A stretch of 64,000 nucleotides of DNA, from assembly GCF_009914755.1 (NCBI RefSeq), contig NC_060932.1. The stretch is one strand, 5' to 3'. A program made the position numbers and the translations under genes. Shown here in pieces: positions 1 to 13,746 of the stretch; within the stretch, counting starts at the first letter, position 1, and each line of letters opens with the position of its first letter. Below the pieces are notes generated by a model, which searched no databases, was not told where the DNA came from, and saw only the letters and a list, made by a program, of their open reading frames with translations. Origin of the DNA: the human T2T-CHM13v2.0 reference genome, Homo sapiens.

Positions 1-867
1 TGCAAATTGGAGCCATCAGAAAAGGCTTCCACAGTAGATTTTGTGAGAGCTAAAGCATGAAGAGAACAACTACTTATTTTAACATAGTTATATTTATTTT
101 CATTAACTACCATAATAATTTGAATTATTTTTATGGTAATCATTTTCTTATGCAAATGAAGGAGTAACAGGATTGAAATAGTAAAGTTGAGTTTACAAGC
201 TGAGCGCCAGAAAAACAAATAAAAGAGACTAATTTTTAACATCTTACCTATTTGAGTTTCAAAGATTCCCTCAGAAAAGCTTAGATTTGTCAAACATTTG
301 AAATAAATGCCATTGGCAAATCAAACTTCAATATGAGGTTTCTTACGCTCCTCTTTGCTAAGAGTGTAATTTTCCCAACTCAGTGAATTTCTTAAAAAGC
401 CTATCAAACAGACGTCAACCTTTGAAGCTTCAATTCTCAGGTATGGAGGGTCTCCACATAACTGCCCACTGAAGGGGTCTCTGGGTTTTCAGCAGAAAAA
501 AAATGCTTGGATTCCAATGAGTTCTGCTCTCTGTAGCATTCAAAAGAGAATTGCACCATTACTGAATCTACATAGACGGTTTTACTACTTATGATAGCCT
601 GAAATTTAAACCCAGTTCTCATAAACAAATTTATGAAATAAGCTATTTTAATAATTTGTTTTGGATCATGCTCACTTCTAGTAGAACTGAGCATCTCTGA
701 TATTTTCAGTGGTTTGTTTTGCTCGCTCTCTCTCTGTCCAGTGGAATAAATAATCCTTTAATAAAAACAGAGGCAGACACATGACAAGCAGTTCATCATG
801 TGAGGAAATTCACATTTAGACAAGCATGCTTTCAAATATAGAGTCCCTTTTTAAATCTTTCAGGGGA

Positions 868-1530
868 ATTTTTAAGCTCTATTGAGACATAGTTGATATT
901 TGCATATTTAAAATGCACTTAATGTATATATTTTGATGAGTTTGGACATATGCCTATACTCATGATACCACAGCCAAGTAGTACTAAACATACTCATCAC
1001 CTCCACAAATTTTCTTGTATTTTTGTGTGGTTTCATTTTTGTTTGGTTTGGTTTGGTTTTGTTTGTGGTAAGAGCACTTAACATGAGATCTATCATCTTA
1101 AAACATTTTAAAGTATACAATTCTGTTTTGTTAACCGCAGATACTGTTCTGCAAAACACATCTCTAGAACTTATTTGTCTTGAATAATTGAAATGTCATA
1201 CCTACTGAGCAACAAATCCCCATTTCCTCCTCCCCACAACCCCTGGCAACCACCATTCTATTCTCTGCTTCTGTGAATTTGACTATTTTAGATTCTTCAT
1301 ATGAATGGAATCATGCAGTGTTTGTCCTTCTGTGACTGGCTTATTTCACTTAACATAATATCTTTCAGGTCAGTTTATGTTGTCACAAATGGTAGGATTT
1401 CCTTTTCTTTTAAGGCTGAATAATAGTCCACGTGTGTGTGTGCGCGTGCATACATATATATACATGCACACACGCACATACAAATATATATATATAATAT
1501 TTTCTTTATTCATTCAGATGTCCTTGACCT
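868..1530 (-). mobile_element. Old L1 (L1MA/L1MB-type) 3' end fragment
   Basis: Reverse-orientation L1M 3'UTR motifs (ccctggcaaccaccattctattctctgcttctgtgaatttgact; tttgtccttctgtgactggcttatttcacttaacataat). Boundaries approximate. Confidence 0.8.
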
Positions 1531-2379
1531 TTTGTGTAGCAAAGGTCAATAAATAAATTGCATCATAAGAACCACATCTAAATTAAAATCTTCTTGATAT
1601 TTACTCATGCACTGATTCATTAAATCAATAAATATTTCTAAAAGGCCCACTTTGTGCCAGTCTCCTGTACTAGCTCCTGAGAATATATGTCGAGTAAGAG
1701 AAAGTTTTTGTCCTCTCAAAATTCCAAGTTGAAAGAGAGAAAAACAGGTAAGTCAGAGTATGATGAGCACATTGATCGTGATTCACCTGGAATGACAGAG
1801 AAGGGCACCTGAGTCACCCTGGAGCAGGAAGGGGAGGCCCTGGATCTGGCCTGTCAACAAGACAACTGGCTCCAGGAAGTCACTGTCTGTAGTCATTTAT
1901 CTTTTTATCTTCCATAAGCACCTACTGTAGGCTCTGCACAATGGAGGTGAAAAGACAATGGAGCTAAGAAAGCAGACTAAAATAAAAAGAGAGTTCACAG
2001 AGAGAAGAATAATGTAAAAGAAACAGAACCCTTATGAACTTAAATTGTAGGAAATTGTAAAGAATAGAATTGCCATTGCAGAGAAGTGAAGTACATCAGC
2101 AATGTGGAGTACAGGCTGAAATTCAAAGGAAAAGAACACAGATATAAAAATCAGAGAGCTCATAGATACGGAAGAAAAATAATGGAGACCCTTTGTAGGA
2201 ATAATTAGAATCCTTGAAGAAGAGAACCGAATCTATGGGAAAGAATGCTCAAAAACATGATAGACCAAAACGTTGAACTGAGAGGAGACCTTAGGTTCAA
2301 TTTATACCAAACAAAATTGATGAAAAATAATTAATTGCTAAACCTGTGTTCCATAGGACGTTAGTTCAAGTGTTGAAGT

Positions 2380-2620
2380 TTCAGGTAGGCACTGAAATTC
2401 GGAGAGAAGTCAAAGCTGGAGTTATAAATCTGGGAGTTACTAGCATGTCAATATTTAAAATGTGGGACCAGATGAGATAATTAGGGAGGGGGGCAATAGG
2501 AGAAAAAGAGGATTTGAAATGACATGTTTGGGGATTCCAGCCTTTGGGGTTTAAGCAGAAGACGAGCAGACTGCTAAGGGATGAAGAAGGAGCCCTGCTG
2601 AGGAAGAGGAAGTGAGTCAA
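2380..2620. mobile_element. L2 fragment
   Basis: Diverged L2-like sequence (gctggagttataaatctgggagttactagcatg). Boundaries approximate. Confidence 0.55.
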
Positions 2621-2790
2621 TTAGCAGATAAATGTAGAAGTGTGGTAAGCCTCATTTGTAATCAAATAAATGCAAATTAAAGAGATCAAATTTGATTAAT
2701 TGTATTGGCAAGAATTAGTAAATTTCATTACTAATGTCAGTTGGAAGTCAAACTTGCAAAATGTAATTATAAATTTTGAACATCTTTTGA

Positions 2791-3183
<393 letters not shown>

Positions 3184-3834
3184 TAATCAGTAAATTACTA
3201 AATTTCTACAAAGAAATGAAGGATAAGTTAATTATGGTACATGAACATGGTGAGATTTTATGTAGTCATTAAAGTAAAAAGGATATCCATGTACTTAACT
3301 ACATATGTATATATGTATGTACCAACATCATTTACATGATATTCACAATATAGTATAACAAAAATATTGTTCATAGAATATCATTAAACAAAATTGATTC
3401 ACAAAGTTTTGCACATTATCTATGTGAAATTTTAGTCAATATGCAAATATCTATGCACACAAATAGTCCAGAATGATAGACTCTAAATGTTAATGAGGAG
3501 TAGGAGTTTTGACAACTTTGATTATAATGTTTATATTATCCATAAGCATTTTTATAATAACCATCTATTGCCTTTTTAGCCAGAGGAGCCAATCAAGGTA
3601 TTTAAACTTTGAAAAAAGAGATAAAAATATTTCCTGTCCTTATTTCCCAGCTTTCCCTTTTGTCTGCTCTGCTAATCCCTTTAACTGCACCACTCCCAGT
3701 GTAGGCTCTGAGACTCCACCAAAAATTGATTCTGGGCAGCCAGACAAAATCTGTCTTGCTCTAGATTTTATATTGTATCACTTTTATAGAAGCAAATAGA
3801 TTTCTCCTTCCATTCAAGTGAACATGAAATTGTC

Positions 3835-4678
3835 TCTTTTTAAATTTTTAGAATCTATTTTAACTGACAAAGAAAAATTATACATATTTATGGTATACTA
3901 CATGATGCTTTGATATATGTATATATTCTGGAATAGCTATATCAGGCTACCTAACAAATCTATTACTTCACATATGTATCAATTTTTTGGGGGGTGAGGA
4001 CATTTAAAATGTGCTTTTATAGCAATTTTCAAATATACAATACAATGCAACCAACTATAGTCACCATGTTGTACAATAGATCTCCTGAACTTATTTCTCC
4101 TAATGAAAACTTTGTATCCTTTGACCAATCTCTTCACATACTCCACCTCCCTTAGGCCTTGGTAGCCGCCATTCTGCTCTCTGGTACTATGAATGAGTCT
4201 GACCATTTTAGATCCCCCATAGGAGTGAGCTCATGAAGTATTTGTCTTTCTGTGCCTGGCTTATTTCATTTAGCATAATGTCTTCTAGGTTCGTCCATGT
4301 TGTCACAAAGGGCAAAAACCATATGGTCATACCAATAGATACAGAAAAAGCATTTGACAAATTTTAACATCTTTTTATAATAAAAACTCAACAAATTAGA
4401 TATAGAAGGCATGACCTCAACACAAAAAAGGCCATGTATGGCAAGCTCACAGCCCTCACACTCCATGGTGAAAAATGAAAAGCTTCTCCTCTAACATCAA
4501 GAACAAGATAAGAATGCCCACTCTCACCATATGTATTCAACGTAGAACTGAAAATCCAGAGAAATCAGGTAAGAAAAAGAAATATATAAAAGATATCCAA
4601 ATCAGAAATGAAGAAGTTAAATTGTCACAGTTTACAGATATCATGGTATTAAATGTAGAAAACTAGCAATTAAAACTT
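3835..4678 (-). mobile_element. L1M element with inverted 5' part (minus 3'UTR 3835-~4310, plus-strand ORF2 RT fragment ~4310-4665)
   Basis: Minus-strand L1MA 3'UTR switches near 4307-4314 to sense ORF2 sequence (aaaaaccatatggtcataccaatagatacagaaaaagcatttgacaaa, KNHMIISIDAEKAFDK-like region). Confidence 0.8.
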
Positions 4679-4681
4679 TGA

Positions 4682-5015
<334 letters not shown>

Positions 5016-5420
5016 TGATTGTTTGCTTCAGTTATACATATGGCTTGTCTTCAAATTATAAACATTACAAAGATCTAATACAGTTGAGAGTTTGTCATGA
5101 AGCTCCAGAATTATGAAAAAGAAATAATACATGGTTGGGAACCAGAGAGCTATGAGTTCTAAAAACTACATGTATTCTATTCTCCAATTACTTTTGTCAA
5201 CTTACTTTTGTTAAGTGACTTTGTTTTGTTAAGGAACTTTGTATTCTACAATTTCCAAATGGAAATGCTGGCCTAGACCACTGTTTCCAAAAGTATATAT
5301 ATGCAGTATACAGTTATTTTATAATGTGTCAACAAAAAATACTTGTAGCTGTCTAATTTTCATTAGGCATATCTGACTGTCCTTACTTTATTCTCATTTT
5401 TCTTTTTATCCAGCATTTAT

Positions 5421-5877
5421 TGTTACTGAAACACCAGGGGTTTGTTCTAGGTCCTGCTGCTTGCAGCACAGAAAGCCAATCACTGAGACAACAAGTATTG
5501 CCAAAGAAGAAGTTTTACTCTGGTACTGCAGCCAAGGAGATGGGAATTCAGTCTCAAATCCATCTCCCTGATTGACTAAAACTAGGGGTTTAAATAGCAG
5601 GGAAGAAATGCAACAATGTATAAGAAACCAGGAACTAGGAGAGAGACAAGGAAGCAATTATGAGGAATGAGGCCTCTGGCATGTCATTGTCTGGGTGTGG
5701 TAACATGGTAAGTTTCAGTTCTTTGATTTTTTTTTTCTTTTTTGAGAGGCCTGAAGGCCATTTCCTGAGGAGGGAACTCAGATAAAACAAATGTAAGTTT
5801 CAACCTTTAAGACCAAAAGGGTCCATTTCTGTGTTTATCTAAAAAAAACTACCTATGGTACTACTGGGCTGATTTCA
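5421..5877 (-). mobile_element. ERV1 (MER4-group, MER66-like) solo LTR
   Basis: TG...CA termini (tgttactgaaacaccagggg ... gatttca) and a MER4-group LTR body; subfamily recalled from memory. Confidence 0.75.
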
Positions 5878-5944
5878 GCTAATTTTCATTAGGCACATCT
5901 GACTGGCTTTACTCTACTTTCATTTTTTCTTTTATGTAGAATTC

Positions 5945-6135
5945 CTTACCATCTGAAATACTATAGCATATGTTTATTTATTGTGTTTCTAATGTATTTT
6001 CTTTCTCTCTCTGCTAAAATGTAAGCCCAATGAGGGCAGTAGGTTTTCTCTGTTTAACTCACTCATATCCCAAGCACCTAGAATCATGCCTGGGACATAG
6101 TACTAACTTAATTAACATTTGTTGAATAAGTATTT
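5945..6135. mobile_element. L2 3' end fragment
   Basis: Typical L2 end motif (cccaagcacctagaatcatgcctgggacatagta...catttgttgaataa). Confidence 0.7.
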
Positions 6136-8644
6136 GGACACTGATCACATGTATCAAAGTTAATGTAAACAGACAACCTTAGTTATTACAGTATAAGAAA
6201 ATATAATGACTTTAGCTTCTATAGTATAAGAAAAAAAGTCTACATTCTATCTATGGCACATTTTACAGACAAATCTAGATTAAACACAATGCTCAGGAAA
6301 CTGTATAATTGGGTTTATTGAATTCCTGGCAACTGTTAAAATATTCCTTTCAAACTTCTGTTTTGAAAATACTTCTAATACCTTATGATTAATGGGTAAG
6401 AAAAATATGACTTTTTTCAATTATTCATGATTTTGCAGAGTCTCAGAGCACTCATTCTAAACATTACTTCTCATTATGCAACAATAAACCATAGAAATAA
6501 AAAATCTGGAAGGCTGAGCTGAAAGGGTACTCATCACAATTAAATCTCTAACGTGAGCTAATTTTAAGATTATTTTTATCTTTCTCCTAAAAATGTGAGT
6601 CAATAAAAATTCTGCTAAACTAGTATTTGGAGTTTAAATATGTCTGGCTATTTCTAAATGACTTAATATGAAAAGCATTAACTTAAAACAAGCATACATT
6701 TGAATCTTCAGAAAATCATGTTAGATAAACTTGTGCTTTAGGAAGTATTTATAATATCAGCTTGCTGCTATGCAAAGGCATAGCTGCCCTAAGGCTAAAC
6801 ACATAGAAAATTTCACCTGAAATAGATAGCACCACAAGGCATTCCTTATCTCAGGTTTGATATGCCTGTCTTTTTTAAATAAAGGAACTTTAAATTCCTA
6901 GGCAGTCTTATCATAAGCAGCAGCTGGCTAAATGTAGAATGATTATATAACTTGGCATTCAAACAAGGACACTTGAGAATGAAATGAAATACCTTTAACC
7001 ATCACCCAGAAACAGAGCCTTCTGTCACCCACCCCAGTTGAATAGGCAAGGCTGGCCAACGTTGTCCTCACACCTCGTTGAGCCGGTTTCTCTCAAGTAA
7101 TCTGAAGATAAAACCACAGGCCCATGTATATTAAGGGCCAATTGTTTCACCACAAAAAATTCATTAAGTGTAAATTAATATGCTAAAAGACTTGGTTAGT
7201 CAAACAAGCTTTATCCTTTTGTAATCAAAGTAGAAAAAAAATTCAATGAAGAAATAAACTGCTTGCCATTTTTTTGAGGAATCGTTTGTAGTATAAGAAG
7301 AGCTGATTAGCAAAATCTGATTTACTGTTGCAGGCCTTTAATCTCAATTAGGGTTGAAATGTATTCCCAACAGATAATAATGTTAGATCCAAGCAAATAG
7401 TCACTTGTTTTATTGTAATAAAAGTGATCTACCAAAAAAACCCACAATCTTACCTTTCCTCCCTATCACTTTAATTCCCTACATATTTATGTTTGCAAAA
7501 TCCATATAAATAAAACCATGAATTGTTTTTTGGAGTTTTCAAATGAAGAAAATTTTACAAAATAACAAGAGCCGGTAATTTTTATCACACTGAAATGCTT
7601 TTTAAAGCTCTTCAAAATGGATAGTACATTGAGTTCAACTCCTTTCTAAGATTAGAATATTGTAATAAGTAAAATTAAGTCATCCCTAATGATTATAGCA
7701 TACATTGGCCACATTATGTAGAATGTTATCCTCTAGGCCTTATATTTTTGACTTAACAAATATGCCCATATTTTGTGCACCCAGATTCTCTCTTTTGCCA
7801 CATGGAAGGATGACTTATCATTGGCTAGATTGCACTTTAATGAATTCAAGACATCATTTCTCTGTTTTAGTAATATTGCTGCGCTATTATCCACCATCTT
7901 CATTTCATAGCACTGAGGAATAGCATTCTATTACCACTATACTGTTGGCCATATAAGTACATCTAGAGCAAACAGACACTTCAGTCATTCTGGGAGGCTC
8001 TCTGTGCTTTTAATTTATTTTCTTTTTTTAATGGCTCAATGGGAAAAAAAGATTTTGGGGTTATAATATTGTGGAAAATGCTTAAGTTTAAATATGGAGA
8101 TTGTTAAATATTGATCTCCCATTACCTGTTGCTATTCTGAAAGCATTTGAAAATCAAGAAGGTATAACATTTTCACACAGAGAACAGTTCAGAGGAGAGG
8201 ATAACAGTCCAAAGGAAAAATAAATGACAAGAGGGGAAGGAAAATGGTAACATAGGTATTTGTTCCATTGCACCATTTTGTAAAGTAAAACAAATCTCCT
8301 GAATGGACAAATGAAATACCTTTCCATTCAGACACCTTTTTGCTTTGGTATTATCCTCTATTTTCCTACTCAACTTACAAATTCAAAAGCTGCAATTGTC
8401 TTTTTTCAAGGAAACAGAGAAAACATTACTGAGTTGTTAATATTCTTCCTTCTACCAAAGAATAAATTGTAAGTGCCATAAAGAGAGCATGTCCAACTTC
8501 TACAGTTGCCAAATGAAAACCCTTCATGAGTTTCCACTATGGGGAATATCATGAGAGCAGCATTAGTTGCCAATATTTTTTGCCATTTTCCTCAGCTCTT
8601 TAAAAGGCCTCTGTTGCTTCTTAAAAGATAAATATTAAATGTAG

Positions 8645-8860
8645 TATATATCTGATAAGGGATTAATATCAAAGTATTTTTTAAAACTCTGACAACTCAA
8701 CAACAAAAGACAAACAACCCAATTCAAAAATAAGTGAAGGACTTGAATAGACATTTCGCCAAAGAAGACATACAGAGGGCCAAGAAGAATATGAAAAGAT
8801 GCTCAACATCACTGATCATCAGGGAAATGCAAATCAAAACCACGATAAGATACACCTGAT
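8645..8860 (+). mobile_element. L1M ORF2 C-terminal fragment
   Basis: tctgataagggattaatatc...aaagatgctcaacatcactgatcatcagggaaatgcaaatcaaaaccac. Confidence 0.85.
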
Positions 8861-9130
8861 TTTGAATGGCAAAACAGAGAGGGTGAGAGATTGAGTTAGT
8901 TGCAGAAAGACATGGCTAGTCATCAGCGAAGCAGGGACTTGAACTCTGACTGACTCCACCACACACGATTTTAATCACTACACTAAGCAGTAGAGAAGAA
9001 TGAAAAAAATGTCTTTTGAGTCAGACACATTAGGTTTGAACGTCAATTGTGCCATTTACTAGCTAAGTGACTGAGATAAGTGTTAACTTCTCTGATTCTT
9101 AGCTTCTCCAACTCCATAAACAGGCACCTC
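8860..9130. mobile_element. Two MIR fragments in opposite orientation
   Basis: MIR core motifs (aaaacagagagggtgagagattgagttagttgc; gccatttactagctaagtgactgagataagtgttaacttctctg). Confidence 0.6.
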
Positions 9131-10477
9131 ACTGACCTCCTGCGGCAGAACGTAACAAAAGAGCAACACGTAGCAAAGCACCTGCCATATGAGGAGGTCT
9201 GCAAATGCTACAATAGAAATAATTTATTCACCCTCCAAAGATCCTTATGAATATAGGGCGGGGTTTCTTGTCAAGTTAATGGTGCGGAGGTACCAGGTGT
9301 CAGCTGACTCAGGAGGTACAGTAACCTAAGGCAGGAGTAACTTCATTGCTTTGGCTATTGGTTCTTCTGATCAGCAACCCAGGGTTTTATCTGTGCTGCC
9401 TGTATTTCTCATCAGGCACAGTAAATGACATTACCTGAAAGTTCAACAGAAGTTTAAAAAAAAAAATGCTATTCAGTCCACTTGGAAGAATCTTACAATA
9501 TGCAAATTTAAATTCAAAAGTTTGCCTCTACCCTTTTGATTTATAGATATGGATGCTGTACTATGATTGCTCAACCATAGACTGGCTTGACACCTACAGA
9601 TCTCTGTATCATGAAAAGTTACAGTCACACCCTCAGCTAACATTCACTGACACCCCATAACAAAACTCCACGGAGAGATTCAGTCATTCGTCAATGTCAG
9701 AAACAAAATTCCATGTGGGTGCCTGCTTTCAAAACATTGAATTCCCATCTGGCAAGATCCTAATGAACAAAGGAAAGATCTATGTTTAATGAAGCAATAC
9801 CCTTTCGGTAGATATTTCTTGACAGCTGTACCTTGGAGCCATTGCATTTCTGGCAGCCTTGCTACACCTTCAAAAAGACAAAAATCCTAAAACAATCATA
9901 TATTCAAATGCTGAAGTGCACAACACATAAATTCCCCTTTCCCTCTTGCTGATTCCATGGAATGAGACTAACTTTCAGTCAAGCTAGTTGAAGTGAGGTG
10001 CAGTTAACTAATTCACTTCATGCTATGTGTTTTTGTAAACTACTGCACTCTTGCTGTGAAACAAGGCTGAATCAATGAAAGCCAAATGTACCTTTAGTGA
10101 GGAAAAGGCCCTGTGAGTGATAAAAGACATTTTAGAATCCATAAGGATAATAGTGTAAGAGCTCCAAACGTGTGCCATGATTTTCTCCATATTACTTTTT
10201 GTGTATCTAACTCATATTTCAGAAAGTAAATAATAATATGGAAAAGTAAAAGAACAAGAAGAAAACATTGGCAGCACTGGACCTACACCAGGCATCCCCA
10301 AAGGCAGGTGGAAAACGATTGCACCCCTAGCTCCTGTAATTGTCAGGAAGAGCAGAGAAGGCTCCCTCGGGCCCTTCATAGCAAGCAAGGGGAAGAGATG
10401 CAAGATTTTTCAAAAGGCAAGATTCTAATCACTACCCTAAGATTTGTAAATCCAAGAACTCTTTTTTTGTTGTTGTT

Positions 10478-11430
10478 TTCTACTCTATCAGTTAGGAATG
10501 ATTTGGGCTGCAAATAACAGAAAATCCTAATCAGACCCAAACAGATGAACTATTTGCACCATACAAGACCAGAGGAGGTTGTCTAGGTGGCTGTAGTTGC
10601 TCAGCAGTGTCAACAGTGACAACGTTTGTGCTTTATTATCCTTAGTATGTGGCCTTCACACTCATCATGACAAAATGACTTTTGTCTTTACCAGTGGGAA
10701 TGAGAAAGAAGGGGCTTACCAATTTTATCTGTCTCTCCCTTTTAAAAAGATGCCCTGGATTCCTGCTCTTGCAGACATCTTATAATACTATAGTTTCCCA
10801 GAAAACAGAGCTTGAGATAAAGACATAGCTGCAGGGAGTTTACATAGGAATGTGATCTCAGGGAGCAGGTGTGAGGAATGAAGAAAGCTGGAAAGGGGGA
10901 AAAACCATTCTAAGGACACATTATCCAGTTGGCCAGCACCATAGATGTCTTGCAAAAGAACTGCAGAGTCTTCCAAATGCTTCTCAGAACTTAGACCTGG
11001 CAGATAAAAGGGGACACATCTGTCTGTTGCTGTCATCCCATCAGTCACAGGTGCTCCACGAATGCTAACATCCCACATCTCTAGTGTGGGCTTCCCATGT
11101 TGCAGGATCTGAGAAGCCCCACAGCAGAAAATGAAAGCCATGACCTGGGCTGGAAGCACAAGCTACAAGGTTGTCCCTGCATAATCAGTGCTTGTGTGTG
11201 ACCAGAGACCACAGGGCAGCTGGAATCAGAGGAGGGGCTCAGGGAAAAGGAAATAGTGCCCATGAGTGGGGCCAGGATAGGCCTCATTGGCCCAACCTTT
11301 CTGGCCTCTGCAGCAGCAGGAGAGGGAGAGAAGATGAGTATTTGTGGTCAGGCAGTGTCACCCTGCAGGATTCTGTTGGCAAAAGGGAACGAGAATGGAT
11401 GCTGGGCAAGCCACCACCAGAGTCAGCTGC
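10478..11430. mobile_element. Old MaLR/ERVL LTR fragments (MLT1- and LTR16-like)
   Basis: tcagttaggaatgatttgggctgcaaataacagaaaatcc (MLT1-like) and tttcccagaaaacagagcttgagataaag (LTR16-like); highly diverged. Confidence 0.45.
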
Positions 11431-12454
11431 CACTCCCTGGCTAATTATAAGGGGGGTTTCCAAAACCTTATTGTCACCTAAAAGCAAAGTGAGAGTCATG
11501 CTGAATATGTTTTCTTTTAAACTGTTGTCCTTTGAGCAAATGAGCTAGATTTTTTTTTTTAATTACTACAACTTGTGCTAAATTCTTCTCTAATCAAGAG
11601 AAAGCAGAGAGCAGTCACCACTTGTCTTAAATGTCTTGCTTTTGACACAGCTGCCTGAGGAGGCAGGCCTGGTTGGAAGGAATAGGAGCATGGGCAAGTA
11701 CACAGGAAGGAAAGCAAGGCCTGGGATTGATTGTCCCAAGCAGACCCCAACACCACAGCCACAGGCAGCCTCAGGGGTCTGGAAGGAGGGAGACCACCTT
11801 CCATGTGGGGGCCAGGGACTGAGGGGGAGGAGCTGGGAGATTGTGGGGGAATTCCATCTTTAGCACTGGACCCAGCAGGGAAGCTCTCCACCCTTTAGTG
11901 AGTGGCAAGGAATGGGGAGCGCCAATGTCTTTGGCTGTACTGGAGGTTAGGTGAAAAAAAGTAGAAGTTATCTGTAATTCAATCATGCATACACTTTCCA
12001 GCATTCATCTTTTTGGTTTTCTTCTCAAAAAAGATAGCAGGCTTCCAAAGTGAACCAAGAAATACCAACCGTGGCTCGAACTTCATAGTTTGCCTCTAAC
12101 TGCATTTTCATACATTGCCCTAAAGGGGCACACTTCTCATTGCTTACTAGTCACATTTGCTTCAGTTATAGTTTTCATAGAATTCTTTTGAAAAGTATGC
12201 TGTGACATCTCATTCCCTGTGCTATAAAACTCAAAGATGGACACATCTGCTTGAAGTATCTTGTTTCACAGTCTCCACTGTGACAGCTCATATGCCCCCT
12301 GAGGACTGCCTCTTGGCCCCTCTGTGGTGTATTAGGGTACACTCATGCTGATCATCTGCATGAGCTCCTCCACTGATTTTACACTTTAAAAGGTGGATAT
12401 TTTCAATTCACCAGGATCCTGAACTAGTCATTTGTGTTAAAAATCAGACTTCCT

Positions 12455-13202
12455 CCCTCGCCCAGCCAGCCGCCCCGTCCGGGAGGGAGGCGGGGGGCAG
12501 CCCCCACCCGGCCAGCCACCCCATCTGGGAGGGAGGCGGGGGGCAGCCCCCGATCGGCCAGCCGCCCCGTCCGGGAGGGAGGCGGGGGGCACCTCCGCCC
12601 GGCCGCCACCCCGTCTGGGAGGTGAGGGGCGCCTCTGCCCGGCCGCCCCTTCTAGGAAGTGAGGAGCCCCTCTGCCCTGCCGCCACCCGGTCTGGAAGGT
12701 GTACCCAACAGCTCATTGAGAACGATGGCTGTTTTGTCGAATAGAAAAGGGGTAAATGTGGGGAAAAGATAGAGAAATCAGATTGTTGCTGTGTCTGTGT
12801 AGAAAGAAGTAGACATAGGAGACTCCATTTTGCTCTGTACTAAGAAAAATTCTTCTGCCTTGGGATGCTGTTGATCTATGACCTTACCCCCAACCTGGTG
12901 CTCTCTAAAACATGTGCTGTGTCCACTCAGGGTTAAATGGATTAAGGGCGGTGCAAGATGTGCTTTGTTAAACAGATGCTTGAAGGCAGCATGCTCTTTA
13001 AGAGTCATCACCACTCCCTAATCTCAAGTACCCAGGGACACAAACACTGCGGAAGGCCGCAGGGTCCCCTGCCTAGGAAAACCAGAGACCTTTGTTCACT
13101 TGTTTATCTGCTGACTTTCCCTCCACTATTGTCCTATGACCCTGCCAAATCCCCCTCTGCGAGAAACACCCAAGAATGATCAATTTAAAAAAAAAAAAAA
13201 AA
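12455..13202 (+). mobile_element. 5'-truncated SVA retrotransposon (older SVA_B/C-like): partial VNTR + SINE-R + poly(A)
   Basis: GC-rich VNTR units (gccgccccgtccgggagggagg), SINE-R ending ...gagaaacacccaagaatgatcaat, A-run 13187-13202; 16-bp TSD aaaaatcagacttcct at 12439-12454 and 13747-13762. Confidence 0.97.
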
Positions 13203-13746
13203 CTATTTCTACCTTCTAATGAGAATTTTAAAAACTATAAACATGATTTTTTTAAAAAAATATTGAGTTTCCAAAAAGAAAGGAACGAGGATTAATCCAG
13301 AAACTCCACATCTTCCTGGATTGGAGGGTACCCTATCATTCAAAAATTCTTCCAGAGTATCATATGTTTCAGATGGATTCAAGCAGAATATTTTTTCAAA
13401 GATCAGTAAGCGGTGCGCTTAGAAGAGAAACAGCCTCTCTACATCTAAGACTGTGAGTATTAGAAGCCACATGTAGAAAGCACCTGCCTAACATAGAGCC
13501 AAACCAAATACAAGCAGAGCCAAAGGAACTGAGTCATGATGTGATCATTTGAACTTCTGGATTCAGCTAGGCCTGAAGCAGGGCCGGGACTAGGGTGAAG
13601 TAAGTGAGGCATTAATTTGAGGGGCAAATTTTAAAGGGATGCAAAGAAACCTCAGTAATAAAAGAAAATACAGTATTTTCTTTTTTATAATAAAAATATT
13701 TTAATTCTTTATTTCAATAAAATATATTATTCCCTCCTAAAAAAAA
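13203..13746 (+). other. SVA 3'-transduced segment with its own poly(A) signal and tail
   Basis: Lies between the SVA A-run and the second TSD copy; AATAAA at 13716-13721, A-run from 13739; contains MLT1-like (~13440-13580) and MER91-like (~13580-13665) fragments. Confidence 0.9.

Noticed and set aside
1429-1500. Alternating purine-pyrimidine, partly palindromic tract
   Set aside because: Ordinary (GT)/(AT)/(CA) microsatellite expansion within an old L1 3'UTR.
12455-12700. CpG-island-like or CRISPR-like GC repeats
   Set aside because: SVA VNTR; no unique spacers, and the DNA is human.
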